Shown one piece after another: positions 25,990 to 38,480 of a DNA stretch of 64,000 bases. Made by a program: the position numbers and the translations under genes. Source of the stretch: Vicugna vicugna (taxonomy: Eukaryota); assembly GCA_013265495.1 (NCBI GenBank), contig MU058687.1:992001-1056000 (forward strand), read 5' to 3'. How positions within the stretch are numbered: position 1 is the stretch's first letter; every line of letters begins with the position of its first letter. The notes beneath the pieces are model-generated. The model ran no database searches. It was not told the origin of the DNA and saw nothing but the letters and a program-made list of their open reading frames with translations.

Positions 25990-27130
25990 TGATGTTGACT
26001 CCCCAGATCACATCGCCTGACATATGTGTGCATCCATCTGCCTACAGGGTTTCTCTCTGGATATGTCTTCTGTCAAAGTTAACATATTTAAAATGCAGCT
26101 CATTATTATCCTCCATGTAATTTGTTCCTTCCCCTTACCACCTGAACTTGAAACCTGAAATCAGCCTTGACTCTTTTCCTCTATCCTACGCTTTTATATC
26201 CAGTCATTCTGTTGATTAATTTTACTACTTTAAAAAATACTATTCAAGTATTCTATCCTGCACTTCCTCACAACCTCAACTCTAGCCTTCATCATTTCTT
26301 GCCTAGAGTATTTCAGAGACATCCTAATTCATCTCTTTCCATCTCATTCCCCTATGATCCATTCTTCATTCTGCTTCCAGAGTGATTTTTTTTATTTTTG
26401 AGTCATATTTTGAGGTATAATTGGCATACGTTTTAAGCCTACATTTTAAGCCCACAGTTTGAATTTTGACAAATGCGTACCAAGAGATTAAAAAATTTCC
26501 GTTACTCCAAAGAGTTCTCTCCTGCCATTTCGTAGTCAGGACTACCCCTACACTCTACTTTAAGCAGCACTGATATGACTGCTGGTCAAAATGGACATTT
26601 TAAAACATAAATCTCACTGTGTTGTGCCCTGGCTTTTGAACTCTTTAGTATTCCCTCCCTGCTTTCAGGATAAAATCTAGATTCTGTTGCATGGAGTTTT
26701 ATGTTCTTCCTGAGTTGGCCTGAGCTCTGCTTGCCATTACTTGCTACTTCCTCTCATTACTTTCCCTCTATGTGGAGCTTCTGAGAATTCAGTGAGTAAC
26801 TGGCTCTTACTTCTCCATGCCTTTGCATGTGCATGTTGTTCTCTAAACCTAGAGCTTTTTTTTTTTTTAATTTGTATCCCCTCCTCCAACTAGTTAATTC
26901 TTGTTCATTTTTTAGAACTCAGCTCTGTATCTTATCTTCCATTTGTGTAAGACGAGTGCCCTCACATGTACCCCGTAACATCTCGTATGGGCCTCTGTCA
27001 GAGCCCTTATCATGCTGTATTTTGATAGTCTGTTTTCTTGTCTGTCTTTCTTCTGTCTTATCTTGCCTGTCCTTCATAAGTATAGGAATTACGTCTTTTA
27101 TCTTTGTGTCTCTTAGCAAATAGTAGAAGC
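25990..27130 (+). mobile_element. L2 fragments with a nested L1 3'UTR piece (~26390-26580)
   Basis: gactccccagatc…cagctcattattatcc…ggataaaatctagattc…catgcctttgcatgtgc. Confidence 0.55.
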
Positions 27131-28719
27131 TCTGGATTGTAGATCTACATTTCTGCTTTATTTACTTAATAAATCATAAAGATTTTAACATATTGCTACA
27201 TGATTTATATTTTTGATGCATAATAATTTATTTAAACTATTCCATTTCTGTTAGACTTTTGTTTCTAATCTTTTACTCTTATTATTAATACAACTTTAAT
27301 GAATGTCTTTGTATCAAATTCTTATTTTAGATAACTTCTTAAAAGTACTTTCAAATTCCCAAGGTGGAATACTTCAGTTAAAGAATAAGGCCATTTTTAA
27401 TGATTCCTGTAATACAGCCAACATCTCTCTAAAATAGTTGTATAACAACTGTACTACAGCCTTGCAAGCATCAGCTACCCAATATTTTTGGTAGATTTTA
27501 TAGTTTTAATGAAATGTTTTAATCTACATTTTTGATAATTAGTGAACATAAATATTTTCCCTTATTTGTTCATTACATTTCTTGTAAAATCCTATTTTTG
27601 TTCTCTATTTGGCTTTTGAGTATTTTCTTACCAACTTACATTATCTTTAATATAATATAGATATTAATCCTTTCTCATAAATACTGTAGGGGTGTTTTGA
27701 TTTGTTTTTCACAAATGTATGTGTTGCTTTCACTATGAAGAAAACACTTTTTGTTTTATTTGTGACATATTCCAAAGAGTTAAGATATTTAAAACATGTC
27801 TGGATAGATAGCTGTGCTCCGGACACAATAGCTTTGTCATATATAGGTGTTTTCTTAACTTCAAAGTCCCATCACCTAAAGTTTACCTTTAGGTAATAGT
27901 CATTTGTATATAATGACTATTGTATATAATGTATATAATGACTATAATGACTATCCTTACATAGTAGCCAAAATGTAATTTTGCTACTCAAAAAGTTTGT
28001 TTTTAAAGCACAGCCTGTGTACGAGTAAATGCATAAGTAATGTATGTTGTTGGCACTCCAAGTCCTAAAATAGCTATCAGTTTGTTTGTCGGTAGAACAA
28101 ATAGACCAGAAATACAGAGCTAAGAGAAATGGGTAATGAGTGTTTGAATCAGGCTTGCAAAGATTAAAATAAAATTTGACAATTGAGTTTCAGTATTAAA
28201 TAGTCAGGACCTATCTGCCAAGAAGTTCTACTGTCTCCTTAATACACATTTCTGTTGATATTTGGTGCTTTTTGGAGAGATGACTGAATGTCCCATTTGA
28301 GTTTTTTGTTTTGTTATTTCCTGGTGCTGATGTTGTGTTTTGGTACCAGCCTTGCCACAAACTGCTATTGTCAACCAGACAACTGAATAGAAGTGAGGGG
28401 GCTAGCTGGAGTTTGTTTCTCTCACTGGAAATCCACTGTTTTTGTGGAGGAGGTAGTTCACCAGAGTGGAAAGATAGTTTCTAGCAGAGATTCTTAACTA
28501 AGTGGTGAACATCAGAATTATATATGGAGGTTTTGTTCTGTTTGTTTGTTTTAAACTAATGCTAGGACCTCACTCACAGAAATTCAGTAGGTTTGAGGTA
28601 GGCCTGGGATATTTGTATCAAATTGGCTAGCAATTTAATTTTTCTGGAAGGAGAAGAAAAAGAAGGTGGCTCATTGGGAGTAGGGGTGATAGTGTTGAGG
28701 GCAGTTTTTTTTTTCCCTT

Positions 28720-29685
28720 TTTTTAAACAATCTAATTGAGGTATAATTTATATACCATCTAATTTGCCCATTTTAGGTATGTAATTCAGTGATTTTTAGT
28801 AAATTTACTGAGTTGTGCAACCGTAACCATAATCCAGTTGTAAAACATTTTCATCACCCCAGTAAGACTCTTGTGTCAATTTGCAGTTAATCCTCATTGC
28901 TACCCCAGGTTCCAGGCAACAGCTAATCTACTTTCTGTCTGTAAAGATTTGCTTTTCTGGGCATTTAACCTGAATGAAATCATATAATATTTGTGTCTGG
29001 CTTCTTTCACTTAGCATATAATGTTTTCAAGGTTTATCCATGTTGTGACATGAATCAGTTCTTCATTTCTTTGTATTGCCAGGTAACTGTTGTATGACTA
29101 CACCATGTTTTGTTTATCCATTCACCAGTTGACGGACACTTGGGTTATTGAATAACGCTGCTGTGAATATTTGTGTGCAAATCTTTGGATGGACATGTTT
29201 TTCTTGGATAGATACCTAGGAATGGAACTCCTGAGTTATATGGCAAATTGATGTTTAACTTTCTGAGAAATAAGCCATTTTCCAAAGTGGCTGCACCATT
29301 TTACATTCTTATTAGCAGTCTAAGAATCTTCATGTTTCTCTACATCCTTGCCATCATTTGTTATTGTCTGTTTTGTCAATTATAGCCATTCTACTGGATG
29401 TGATACGGTATTTCATTGCGGTTTAATTTACATCTCCTTAATGACTAATGGCACTGAGCATATTTTCATAGCTTATTGTCCATTCATATATCTTCTTTGG
29501 AAAAATGTATTCAAATCTTTTGCCCATTTTTTTTGTGGTTTTATAAGAGATTTTTGTGTTCTGAATACAAGTCCTTTTTCAGATATGTGATTTGCAAGTA
29601 TTTTCTCCCTAATGGTATTTTTTAAAGTACAAAAAGTTTTGACTTTTGAATGAATCCAATATATCAAATTTTTCTTTTATGGATT
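28720..29685 (-). mobile_element. L1MB-like 3'UTR
   Basis: aattgaggtataatttatatacc…gttgtgcaaccgtaaccataatccag…ttccaaagtggctgcaccattttacattc. Confidence 0.8.
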
Positions 29686-29766
29686 GAGAACCAGATTTTA
29701 ATTTCTACTGATATGTGAAAACATAGTGGTATGCTCATTCAGTAAGCCATTTACTCTGTTCTTCAG

Positions 29767-30187
29767 CCTCCAGGGTCCTATAGACCACCCCCTCCTATGG
29801 GTAAACCACCAGGTTCAATTGTAAGACCCCCAGCTCCACCAGCAAGATCATCTGTTCCTGTGACCAGGCCGCCTATCCCAATACCACCACCACCACCTCC
29901 CCCTCCTCCTCCACCACCTCCTCCTCCAGTGATAAAGCCACAAACTTCATCTGTGGAACAAGAACGCTGGGATGAAGATTCTTTCTATGGCCTCTGGGAT
30001 ACAAATGATGAACAAGGACTGAATTCAGAATTTAAATCAGAAACTGCTACAATTCCATCTGCCCCAGTGTTACCACCCCCACCTGTTCACCCTTCCATCC
30101 CTCCTCCTGGCCCAATGCCTATGGGTATGCCACCAATGTCCAAACCACCGCCAGTGCAGCAGACTGTTGATTATGGCCATGGCCGAG
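29767..30187 (+). CDS. YLPM1: YLPM1 exon 7 (PPGSYRPPPPMGKPP…poly-Pro…DYGHGR)
   Basis: ctctgttcttcag|CCT … CGA G|gtgagt. Confidence 0.96.
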
Positions 30188-30295
30188 GTGAGTAACAGTG
30201 GCAAATTTATATTTGAGATTCTAAAGGGATTGTTAGTTTCAGCTTTGGCTTCCTTAAACTTCACTCTTAACAGTGTTTTATCCCTGATTTGCCAG

Positions 30296-30388
30296 ACATT
30301 TCCACTAATAAAGTGGAACAGATACCCTATGGAGAAAGAATAACTCTGCGTCCAGATCCACTACCCGAAAGATCAACTTTTGAAACAG
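30296..30388 (+). CDS. YLPM1: YLPM1 exon 8 (DISTNKVEQIPY…TFET)
   Basis: tttgccag|AC ATT … ACA G|gtagga. Confidence 0.95.
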
Positions 30389-30605
30389 GTAGGAGTCCAA
30401 GGAAATCAGTAATTTTAAACCTTTTAGGACTTAATTATCATATGATTTTTGATAAGATTATCTGGGCCTCCCTTTAAATGGCTAAAAGCTTCATAAGTTG
30501 AATTTAGGACAATATACTAGTTCTAAATTTGGATTTGTACTTTTCAGTTTTTATTTCAAAAAAAAGGGAGATACAGTTCTTATTTTATATTAAATGTGTT
30601 TGTAG

Positions 30606-30801
30606 AGCATGCAGGCCAGCGGGATCGTTATGATAGAGACAGAGATCGTGAGCCTTATTTTGATCGTCAGAGTAATGTCATAGCAGATCATCGGGATTTC
30701 AAAAGGGATCGGGAGACACATAGAGATCGAGACCGAGATCGTGGTGTTATTGACTATGACCGGGATCGATTTGACAGAGAACGCCGACCTCGAGATGATA
30801 G
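30606..30801 (+). CDS. YLPM1: YLPM1 exon 9 (RD-rich)
   Basis: gtttgtag|AG CAT … GAT AG|gtatgc. Confidence 0.95.
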
Positions 30802-31290
30802 GTATGCTATTGAAAAATATCTTTGCCAGATGTGCAAACTGCCATATGCTTAAGTTCAGCAAAAGTCAGTGTATTTAAAGGAAATTCAGTAAGTGATGTA
30901 TTCTTCTCATGTGTCTGTGTGTATAATTTGGAGAGGGAAGAGTAGTTTTGTACCAGTTTTCAGGAATCTAGATGTTTGAGTTTTGTGAGTGTGAATTTCA
31001 GAGAGTTAAATGGGAGATGGAGATTGCCATAAAGGAGAGGAAATAGTATTGTCAATAAAGTTGTAGTCATTGCTTAATTAGTAGGCGAACAGTTTATTTT
31101 TGCAATTTGTAAGCTTTTTGGATGTGTGTATTATGCAAGGCAGATTTAAATGGAAAAGCAAAATAAAAATATAAATGTTGACTATGTATAGTAACTACCC
31201 ATAGTGAAAATTGGAGAGATAATGGTGTTGCATTATAAGAGACTCCCATATGTTTTTTATTTATCAAAGCACTCCTGTTAAACCTTCTAG

Positions 31291-31409
31291 GAATCAGTCT
31301 TATCGAGACAAAAAAGACCATTCCTCATCCAGAAGAGGGGGATTTGATAGGCCTTCCTACGATCGGAAGACTGACCGACCAGCCTATGAAGGACCGTCCA
31401 TGTTTGGAG
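31291..31409 (+). CDS. YLPM1: YLPM1 exon 10 (NQSYRDKKDH…GPSMFG)
   Basis: accttctag|G AAT CAG … GGA G|gtagat. Confidence 0.93.
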
Positions 31410-32345
31410 GTAGATTAGTGCCTTATTAACTATAGGAATGTTGAGAATTGTAAACAATAGGAGATGCTTTTCATTGTAGCTATGGATTTAAACTTTCAGA
31501 GTAAAATGCACTCACAGATTTCTTAGGGATGGCAACATTATTCACCAAAAATAGCCATGTAATTGTTGAAATAAGACATAAATTGCTTTTTTTATATTAT
31601 TAAAGAAATTTTGGAAGATAGAAATAAAATCACTTATAATCCCACCACCTACAATACCACAACTATTAAAATTTTTATCTATTTCCTGTCATTCTGTCTT
31701 TACATACATATTGATAAAGTTATAGGCAATTATAAATAGATTCTTTATCATGCTTGTTCCCATTGATATTGTACTATATACATTTTTCCATATTATAAGC
31801 CTATTATACTAATGGCTGTATAATAGTCCATAAAATGAATAAGATTTAAGACTTAATAAGACTTAAGACATTTAAGACTCTTATTTTTGGACATTTAGGT
31901 TGCTTTTAGTTTTTCACTGCTAAAAAATGAACTTAAACTAGAAGTTCAAATCATTTATACAAACAGGCTTTCCTAAGCTGGTGACTCGTTTTCAAGATGG
32001 TAAAACAAAAGTTGTATATAGACAGATTATAAATCATACTTAGGACTATTCAGGAGTATGTATTATTCGTTTATATTCTGTTGCTTAACTTTTTTCCTAA
32101 GTTTAATATAAACATGGATGTGTTCAGTATTTTTCAGAACATTCTTTTTGCCTGAAATTATACCTAAATCTTTTCATTTCTTGATTTCAGTAGACTTACA
32201 TTATCTTAAACTATCTCTAATTAAGTATAAAAATGGTCCCCAAATTATCATGAGTTAGTTATATTATCTTAGGAGGAGTGAAGAGGGTTACTATTTTCAA
32301 TAATCACTTATAAATAGTAATTTTGTTCAACTGGTGGAATCCTAG

Positions 32346-32500
32346 GAGAACGAAGAACTTACCCAGAGGAGCGAATGCCCCTGCCAGCTCCTTCACTAAG
32401 CCACCAGCCACCTCCAGCTCCACGGGTTGAGAAGAAACCCGAATCTAAGAATGTGGATGATATTTTGAAACCACCTGGCCGAGAGAGCAGACCTGAGAGA
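32346..32500 (+). CDS. YLPM1: YLPM1 exon 11 (GERRTYPEER…ESRPER)
   Basis: atcctag|GA GAA … GAG AGA|gtgagt. Confidence 0.94.
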
Positions 32501-32989
32501 GTGAGTCCTATTTAGTTGACTAGTTTTCTTGCAAATCAGAAGCTGATAAAAGAACTTTTTTAAAAAAATATATAGTGAAATGTCTGTGCTTTTCTGTGAC
32601 ATAGTATAAATATCAGATTCAAGGCTTCTTATCATCTCCAAATCATCATAAAATCTCATAAACTGCTTACCCTATACAATCTAAGAAACTAGAACCTAAT
32701 TGCTTGGCAAAAAAGATGTTGAAAATTTAAGAAAATAATTCATTAGAGCTCAGTTAATTGCACTTTGAAGAGGGGGAAAGAGGATTTAGTTTTATGGTAT
32801 GTGGAACTAAGAGGGAGCGTTAGGAGACTTTATTGACTTTTTTGGGTTTTTTTTTTAACATTTTTTATTGATTTATAATCAGAGACTTTATTGTTTAGAC
32901 TTATTTTCCTAGTGACCTTCAAATGTATACATTCTTAAATTTATCTTATATTGCAAAATAATTAGATTCTATTTAAATAAACTGGTACT

Positions 32990-33115
32990 GGAGATTTCTG
33001 TCAGATGTTTTGACTCCATACATGTACATATGTCGTTGTTTTGAAGTCTGTTGGAGATTTCTATCAGATGTTTTGACTCCATACATGTACATATGTTGTT
33101 GTTTTGAAGTCTGTT
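32990..33115. repeat. 63-bp tandem duplication (2 copies, 2 transitions)
   Basis: ggagatttct(g/a)tcagatgttttgactccatacatgtacatatgt(c/t)gttgttttgaagtctgtt at 32990 and 33053. Confidence 0.95.
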
Positions 33116-34985
33116 TCATGTATTATTAGTATAAGTTCTCTATCTTTCCTGTGGTTACTGATATGTCTTTTTCCATCCTTTTACTTTCAATCTATTTGTG
33201 TCTTTAAATCTAAAATATGTTTCCTATGGACAACATAGAGTTGGCATTTTTTTTTTATGCAGTCTGATAATTTTTACCTTTTAATTGGGTTGTTTAATCT
33301 ATTCACATGTAATGTTATTATTGATATAGATGGCTTAATTCCAGTCTTGGATTGTTCAATTGTATAGAAATACAATTGATTTTTTCATATCAATCTTATA
33401 TCCTTCAGCATTGCCGATGCATTTATTGGTTCTAACAGATTTTTAGTGGATTTCTTGGGATTCTTTCTATATACAAAATCATGTAGTCTGCAGATTAAGA
33501 TGGTTTTACATCTTACTTTCCAATCTAGATACCTTTTTTCTTTTTCTTGCCTAGTTGCTCTGCCTAGAACCTCCAGTACAGTGTTGAAGAGATGCAATGA
33601 GAGTGACAACCTTGTTTTAGTCCTGATCTTAGGAAGAAAACTTTCAGTCTTTCACCACAAGTATTAGGTTAACTATGTGTTTTCATTAGATGTCTTTTTT
33701 CAGATTGAGGAGATTCCCTTCCATTCCTAGTTTGTTCAGTTTTTTTTGTCATAAAAGGATGTTGGATTTTGCTAAATGTTTTTTCTACATTAATTGAGGT
33801 TTTTTTTGTTTTTTTAATTGTATTGTGTGTGATTTTATTCTATTGTATAGTGATTTTTGTTTTTTTGTTCTATTGATATGATGTATTGTATTAACTGATT
33901 TTCAGATGTTAATTTGTATCTCTGGGATAAATACTACTTGGTCATGTTGTGTAATTCTTTTTATATGTTGCTGGATTCAGTTAGTAGTGTTTTGTTGAGA
34001 ATGTTTGCATCCATATTCATAAGAGATAATCTGTAATTTTCTTGTGATGTCTTTGTTGATTATAGTATCAGATTATCTGCTTGCTTTGAAATGCTGGCCT
34101 CATAAAATAAGTTGAGAATTGTTCTTTCCTCTTATATTTTTTGGAAGAGTTTGTGAAGAGTTAATATTGTTCTTTAAATGTTAGAATTCAGTGGTGAAGC
34201 CATCTAGCTCTGAGATTTTTTTTTTGCTGGAAGTTTTTTAACTACTTATTGAATCTCTTCACTTGTCATAGGTCTATTCAGATTATCTATTTCTTCTTGA
34301 GTCAGTCCAGTAGCCTGAGTCTTTCTAGGAATTTGTCCATTTCATCCAAGTTATCTAATTTGTTTATATACATTTGTTCATAGTATTTCTTTATAGCCCT
34401 TTTTAAAAATTTCTGTAAGGTTGGCTGGCAGTCATGTCCCCTCTTTCTTTCTAATTCTAGTAATTTGAGTCTTTCTGTTTTTCTCAGTCAGTCTAGCTAA
34501 AGGTTTGTCAATTTTGTTGCTGTTTTCAAAGAACCAGCTTTTGGTTCCATTGATTTTTCATTTTTCTGCTCTTTATTTTCTTAACCTCCACCCTGATATT
34601 TATTATTTCCTTCCTTCTGCTTGCTTTAGATTTAGTTTGTTCTTCCAGTCCCTTAAGGTGGAAGATTAGGTTATTGATTTGAAATCGTTCTTCTTTTTAA
34701 TATAGGCACTTATAGTTATAAATTTCCTTTTAAGTACTACGTTAACTGCATTCCCAAAAGTTTTATGTCTTCATTTTTATTTATCTCAAAGTATTTTCTG
34801 ATTTTTCTTTTGATATCTTCTTTGACTCATTGGTTATTTAGGAGTATGGTGTTTAATTTCCACATAGTTACACATTTCCCAAATTCCACTGTAGTCAGAG
34901 ACATACTTTGTATTATTTCTATCCTCTCAAATTTATTAAGGTTTGTTTCATAGTCTATCATATGATCTATCCTGGAGAATGACAG
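33100..34985 (-). mobile_element. Old L1 ORF2 relic (RT and endonuclease regions)
   Basis: ORF 33385..33609 LFNTVLEVLGRATRQEKE… and ORF 34827..35120 …FSRIDHMI…KFERIEIIQS… are L1 ORF2-like. Confidence 0.85.
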
Positions 34986-35075
34986 ATCATTGTAACTATA
35001 AGATCTCATTGTAAAAAAAAAAACAAACAAAAAAAAACTTCTCTGAGTGATTTTTTTTTTCTCTTTGTGTTTCAG

Positions 35076-35138
35076 ATTGTTGTTATAATGAGAGGATTGC
35101 CTGGCAGTGGAAAGACACATGTTGCAAAACTTATTAGA
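35076..35138 (+). CDS. YLPM1: YLPM1 exon 12 (IVVIMRGLPGSGKTHVAKLIR; Walker A)
   Basis: tgtgtttcag|ATT … AGA|gtgagt. Confidence 0.96.
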
Positions 35139-35428
35139 GTGAGTATGGGAAAGTGAAAGAATCAGTTGCTTTTGTTAGCCACTGGCCTTCTTAGCAAGCA
35201 ATGTGATACTGATATAGATACTTCCCATTTGATCGGTTCTAGTTGGCCTATCTGGTAGATGCGGTCTCATAAATTTTAATATGCTTAAGACAACTACTTT
35301 TGCCTCTGCTTGATTTGAAGCCACGAGAAGATTGCATAGTATTTAGCCACAAGAGAGAACTCTGATTTGTACATTTACTAATTTATTCCATAAATTCTTT
35401 TTAACTGTCCTCAATATGTGATTCTTAG

Positions 35429-35548
35429 GATAAGGAGGTAGAGTTTGGAGGCCCTGCACCCAGAGTTCTAAGCCTGGATGATTACTTCATTACTGAAGTG
35501 GAAAAAGAAGAAAAAGATCCAGACTCTGGAAAGAAAGTGAAAAAAAAG
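35429..35548 (+). CDS. YLPM1: YLPM1 exon 13 (DKEVEFGG…VLSLDDYF…KVKKK)
   Basis: attcttag|GAT … AAG|gtatga. Confidence 0.95.
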
Positions 35549-35633
35549 GTATGATTTATTTCTCTCAGATTGCATCCTGATTCATAAATAGTATTGAAAG
35601 GAAAATGTGTTCAAAGAGAAATGTAGCTTTTTG

Positions 35634-35814
35634 TTGTTGATGATTAAAAGTAGAATTTATTCAGAGAGGTGCACCCTCCATAGACAGAGTGCAGGCTGTT
35701 CTCAGAAGGCAAGAGAAGGGCCAAAGGTGAGGGGTTGGGTGTTTAAAGTAAAAGTAGATACACACTCCATAGACAAATTACAGCCTATCTCCAAAGATGA
35801 GGGAGTGAAACGCC
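35634..35814 (-). mobile_element. Short LTR-like retrocopy flanked by 17-bp TSD
   Basis: agaaatgtagctttttg at 35617-35633 and 35815-35831; the - strand ends AATAAA plus an A-rich tail. Confidence 0.75.
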
Positions 35815-35956
35815 AGAAATGTAGCTTTTTGAACACAAACTTTAGTACTTAGGTGTGAAGGAAGGACTACAAAGTCATCTACCCAGATGCTAACCAGGGA
35901 AGGGTTTTAAGATGATTCTTTGCTTTTGCTAACTCATCTCTTTTGGGGGATCACAG

Positions 35957-36133
35957 GTAATGGAATATGAATATGAAGCTGAGATGGAGGAAACCTACCG
36001 AACCAGCATGTTCAAAACTTTCAAAAAGACTCTGGATGATGGTTTTTTCCCTTTCATCATCCTGGATGCTATCAATGACAGAGTTAGACATTTTGACCAG
36101 TTTTGGAGTGCAGCAAAAACCAAGGGATTTGAG
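35957..36133 (+). CDS. YLPM1: YLPM1 exon 14 (VMEYEYEAEM…IILDAINDR…KGFE)
   Basis: tcacag|GTA ATG … GAG|gtatag. Confidence 0.95.
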
Positions 36134-36220
36134 GTATAGATTTAAAAGAACTGTAGAGTACTTTGTGTTATCATATAAGTGCTGCATTTGTTTGCCTAAT
36201 GAGTATTCATTCTTTCTTAG

Positions 36221-36304
36221 GTATATTTGGCTGAAATGAGTGCAGATAACCAGACTTGTGGCAAAAGGAATATTCATGGAAGAAAGCTCAAAGAAATAAA
36301 TAAG
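36221..36304 (+). CDS. YLPM1: YLPM1 exon 15 (VYLAEMSAD…KRNIHGRKLKEINK)
   Basis: tctttcttag|GTA TAT … AAG|gtgatt. Confidence 0.95.
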
Positions 36305-36588
36305 GTGATTTTTTTGAAACATAGAAGGTGTTGTATTCTAAACTTCATTTTGCCTGTTTCATCACTGTTGTCTGGAATTTCTTGTTTATCCCTTTTATTC
36401 TCAGAATTTCTTTTCTACCTGCTTTAGTAAATATTTCTTACTCTGTATCTAAGTGAAAGAGGTGGCCTAGCTCTTCCTGGAACTAGCCTGTTAGACTTCA
36501 TAGTGTTAGCTAAATTTGTCTTGGACACTTACTTGAGCTTTCTTTGAGTAGTTTCCAGAGATAACTTGATCTCTTGAATCTCAATTAG

Positions 36589-36672
36589 ATGGCTGATCAC
36601 TGGGAAACTGCACCTCGTCATATGATGCGTCTAGACATTCGTTCTTTGCTGCAAGATGCTGCTATTGAAGAG
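36589..36672 (+). CDS. YLPM1: YLPM1 exon 16 (MADHWETAPRHMMRLDIRSLLQDAAIEE)
   Basis: tcaattag|ATG … GAG|gtaagt. Confidence 0.95.
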
Positions 36673-36709
36673 GTAAGTGTCCTTTGACTAGAAAGTAATA
36701 TAAAAGTGA

Positions 36710-38480
36710 CCTTTTTTTTAACTTGGAAAAAAATTTAATTATAGAAAAGTTGCATAGATACTATAAGAACACCTGCATGACTTTCATTGAGATTCATCAG
36801 TTGTTAATATTTTGCCACATTTTTCTGTATATATACTTCTCCTTCTTTGTCATCGTCTCATTACTACTGCTGCTGTTATTGCTATTACTGTGAAACCATT
36901 TGAGAGTTAAAATGCAGACATTATAATTATAGATCCCTAGATATTTTAGTAGGTATCTCCCAAGAACAAGGGAATTCTCTTATAAAACTAGAAGTCTCAA
37001 TTATCAAATTCAAGAAGTTTAACATTGATAAAATACTATATTGAGTAATATAAATTTCCTGAATTAAATTTTCTGAATTCTCTCATATACAGTCCATATT
37101 CAGATTTCACCAATTTTTCCCATAATGTGCTTTATAGCAACTTTTAAAAATCCAGGATCCAATCCTTTAATATAAAATTAGTTTCTCACCCATGTCACTG
37201 TTACAAAAGACAAAGACTTTTTGAAGAGTATAGGCCAGTTAGTTGTTTTGTAGAATGCCCCTCAGTTTGGGTTTGTCATGAGTAGCTTTAGGTTAGACAT
37301 TAGCGTGGATGCTACATAAGTGATGTTGTGTCCTCACTGCATCATGTCAGAAGCCATATGTTGTCAGCTTACTTCATTATTGGTGATTTGAATGTTGATC
37401 ACTCATCCAATTTTTCTACCTTTTTCTCTTTGTTATAACTAATCTGTAAGGAGAGACTTTGAAACTGTTAATATCCTGTTCCCCAACACATTTTCATAGA
37501 TTGGTCATTCTTGCCAAAATCAATGATTAGTTTAGTGGCAATAAATCTTTATCCTGGAAAAGGAGAGATTTGTCTCTTTAATCAGTTACTACTATTTTGT
37601 TTGACCTCTTCCTGTAAATAAGAGTTATCTATACTCAATGTTGTCATTGTATTTTTATGTGTTTTTACCTCTCATGTCACTTCTCAACCTGTTTCCTTCT
37701 GGCTTCTGCCCCAACCATTCTCCAGAGACTCTCTCACCAAACATTTCCATGATAATGGACAGTTCTCACTTCTCCTGTTGCATAATTTTGCAGCCGCGCG
37801 TGCTGTAGTTGACCGTGTTCACCTTCTTGGAAACATTTCTCTCTTGGCTTCTTTGAGTCTACCTTCTCCTGGTTTTCCTCTTGCATCTCTGGCCGTCTCT
37901 TTTCAGTCTCCTTTGCTGACTTTCCTTACTACCCAGTCCTTAAATGTTGGAGTTCTTTAGGGCTCTATCCTAGGCTTTATTTTCAGCCTGTACATCCTAT
38001 ATAGGTAATCAGTCTTTCTGGTACCTTGGATTGCTACTTATATGCCCTTAATATTAAATTATAAAGGCTGGAATAAGTTTTATCAATATCTTAACAGAAA
38101 TTATATCTGAGTGGAGAGATTATCAGCAGTTTTTATAATTCTACCATTATTTTCCAAATTCTCTACAAAAAATACGTATTACCTTAGTATACCTCAAACT
38201 CAACTTACTTAATATATAATTCATCCAAACCTGTTCCTCTTCTAATATTCTCTATTTTAGTAATTAGACCCACCAGTCACTTGGTTGCTAAAACCCTGAC
38301 TCTTTACTCTCCATTATCCTTGACTCTTTACTCTCTCCTTATACCAGAATTTGACCCTATCTCTCCACCATGTAGTCAGCCTAGAAGTTGTGTCAATTTT
38401 ATCTTATCAACTTCTTTAATCTATCTACTCTCTATTTTTATTGCTACCATTCTGGGCCAAACTATTATCATCTGACTTTT
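36710..38480. mobile_element. L1MC-like 3'UTR (-, ~36710-37560) followed by L2 (+, ~37660-38480)
   Basis: gaaaagttgcatag…ccaagaacaagggaattctctt…tagaatgcccctcagtttggg; then ggcttctgccccaaccattc…ctcaaactcaac. Confidence 0.65.

Noticed and set aside
27905..27955. Short AT-rich slippage repeats (tgtatataatgacta; also taagact units at ~31840-31880)
   Set aside because: Microsatellite-like slippage with no unique spacers; not CRISPR-like.
36134..36220. 87-nt intron (multiple of 3) as a coding retained intron
   Set aside because: In-frame TAG in the second codon.
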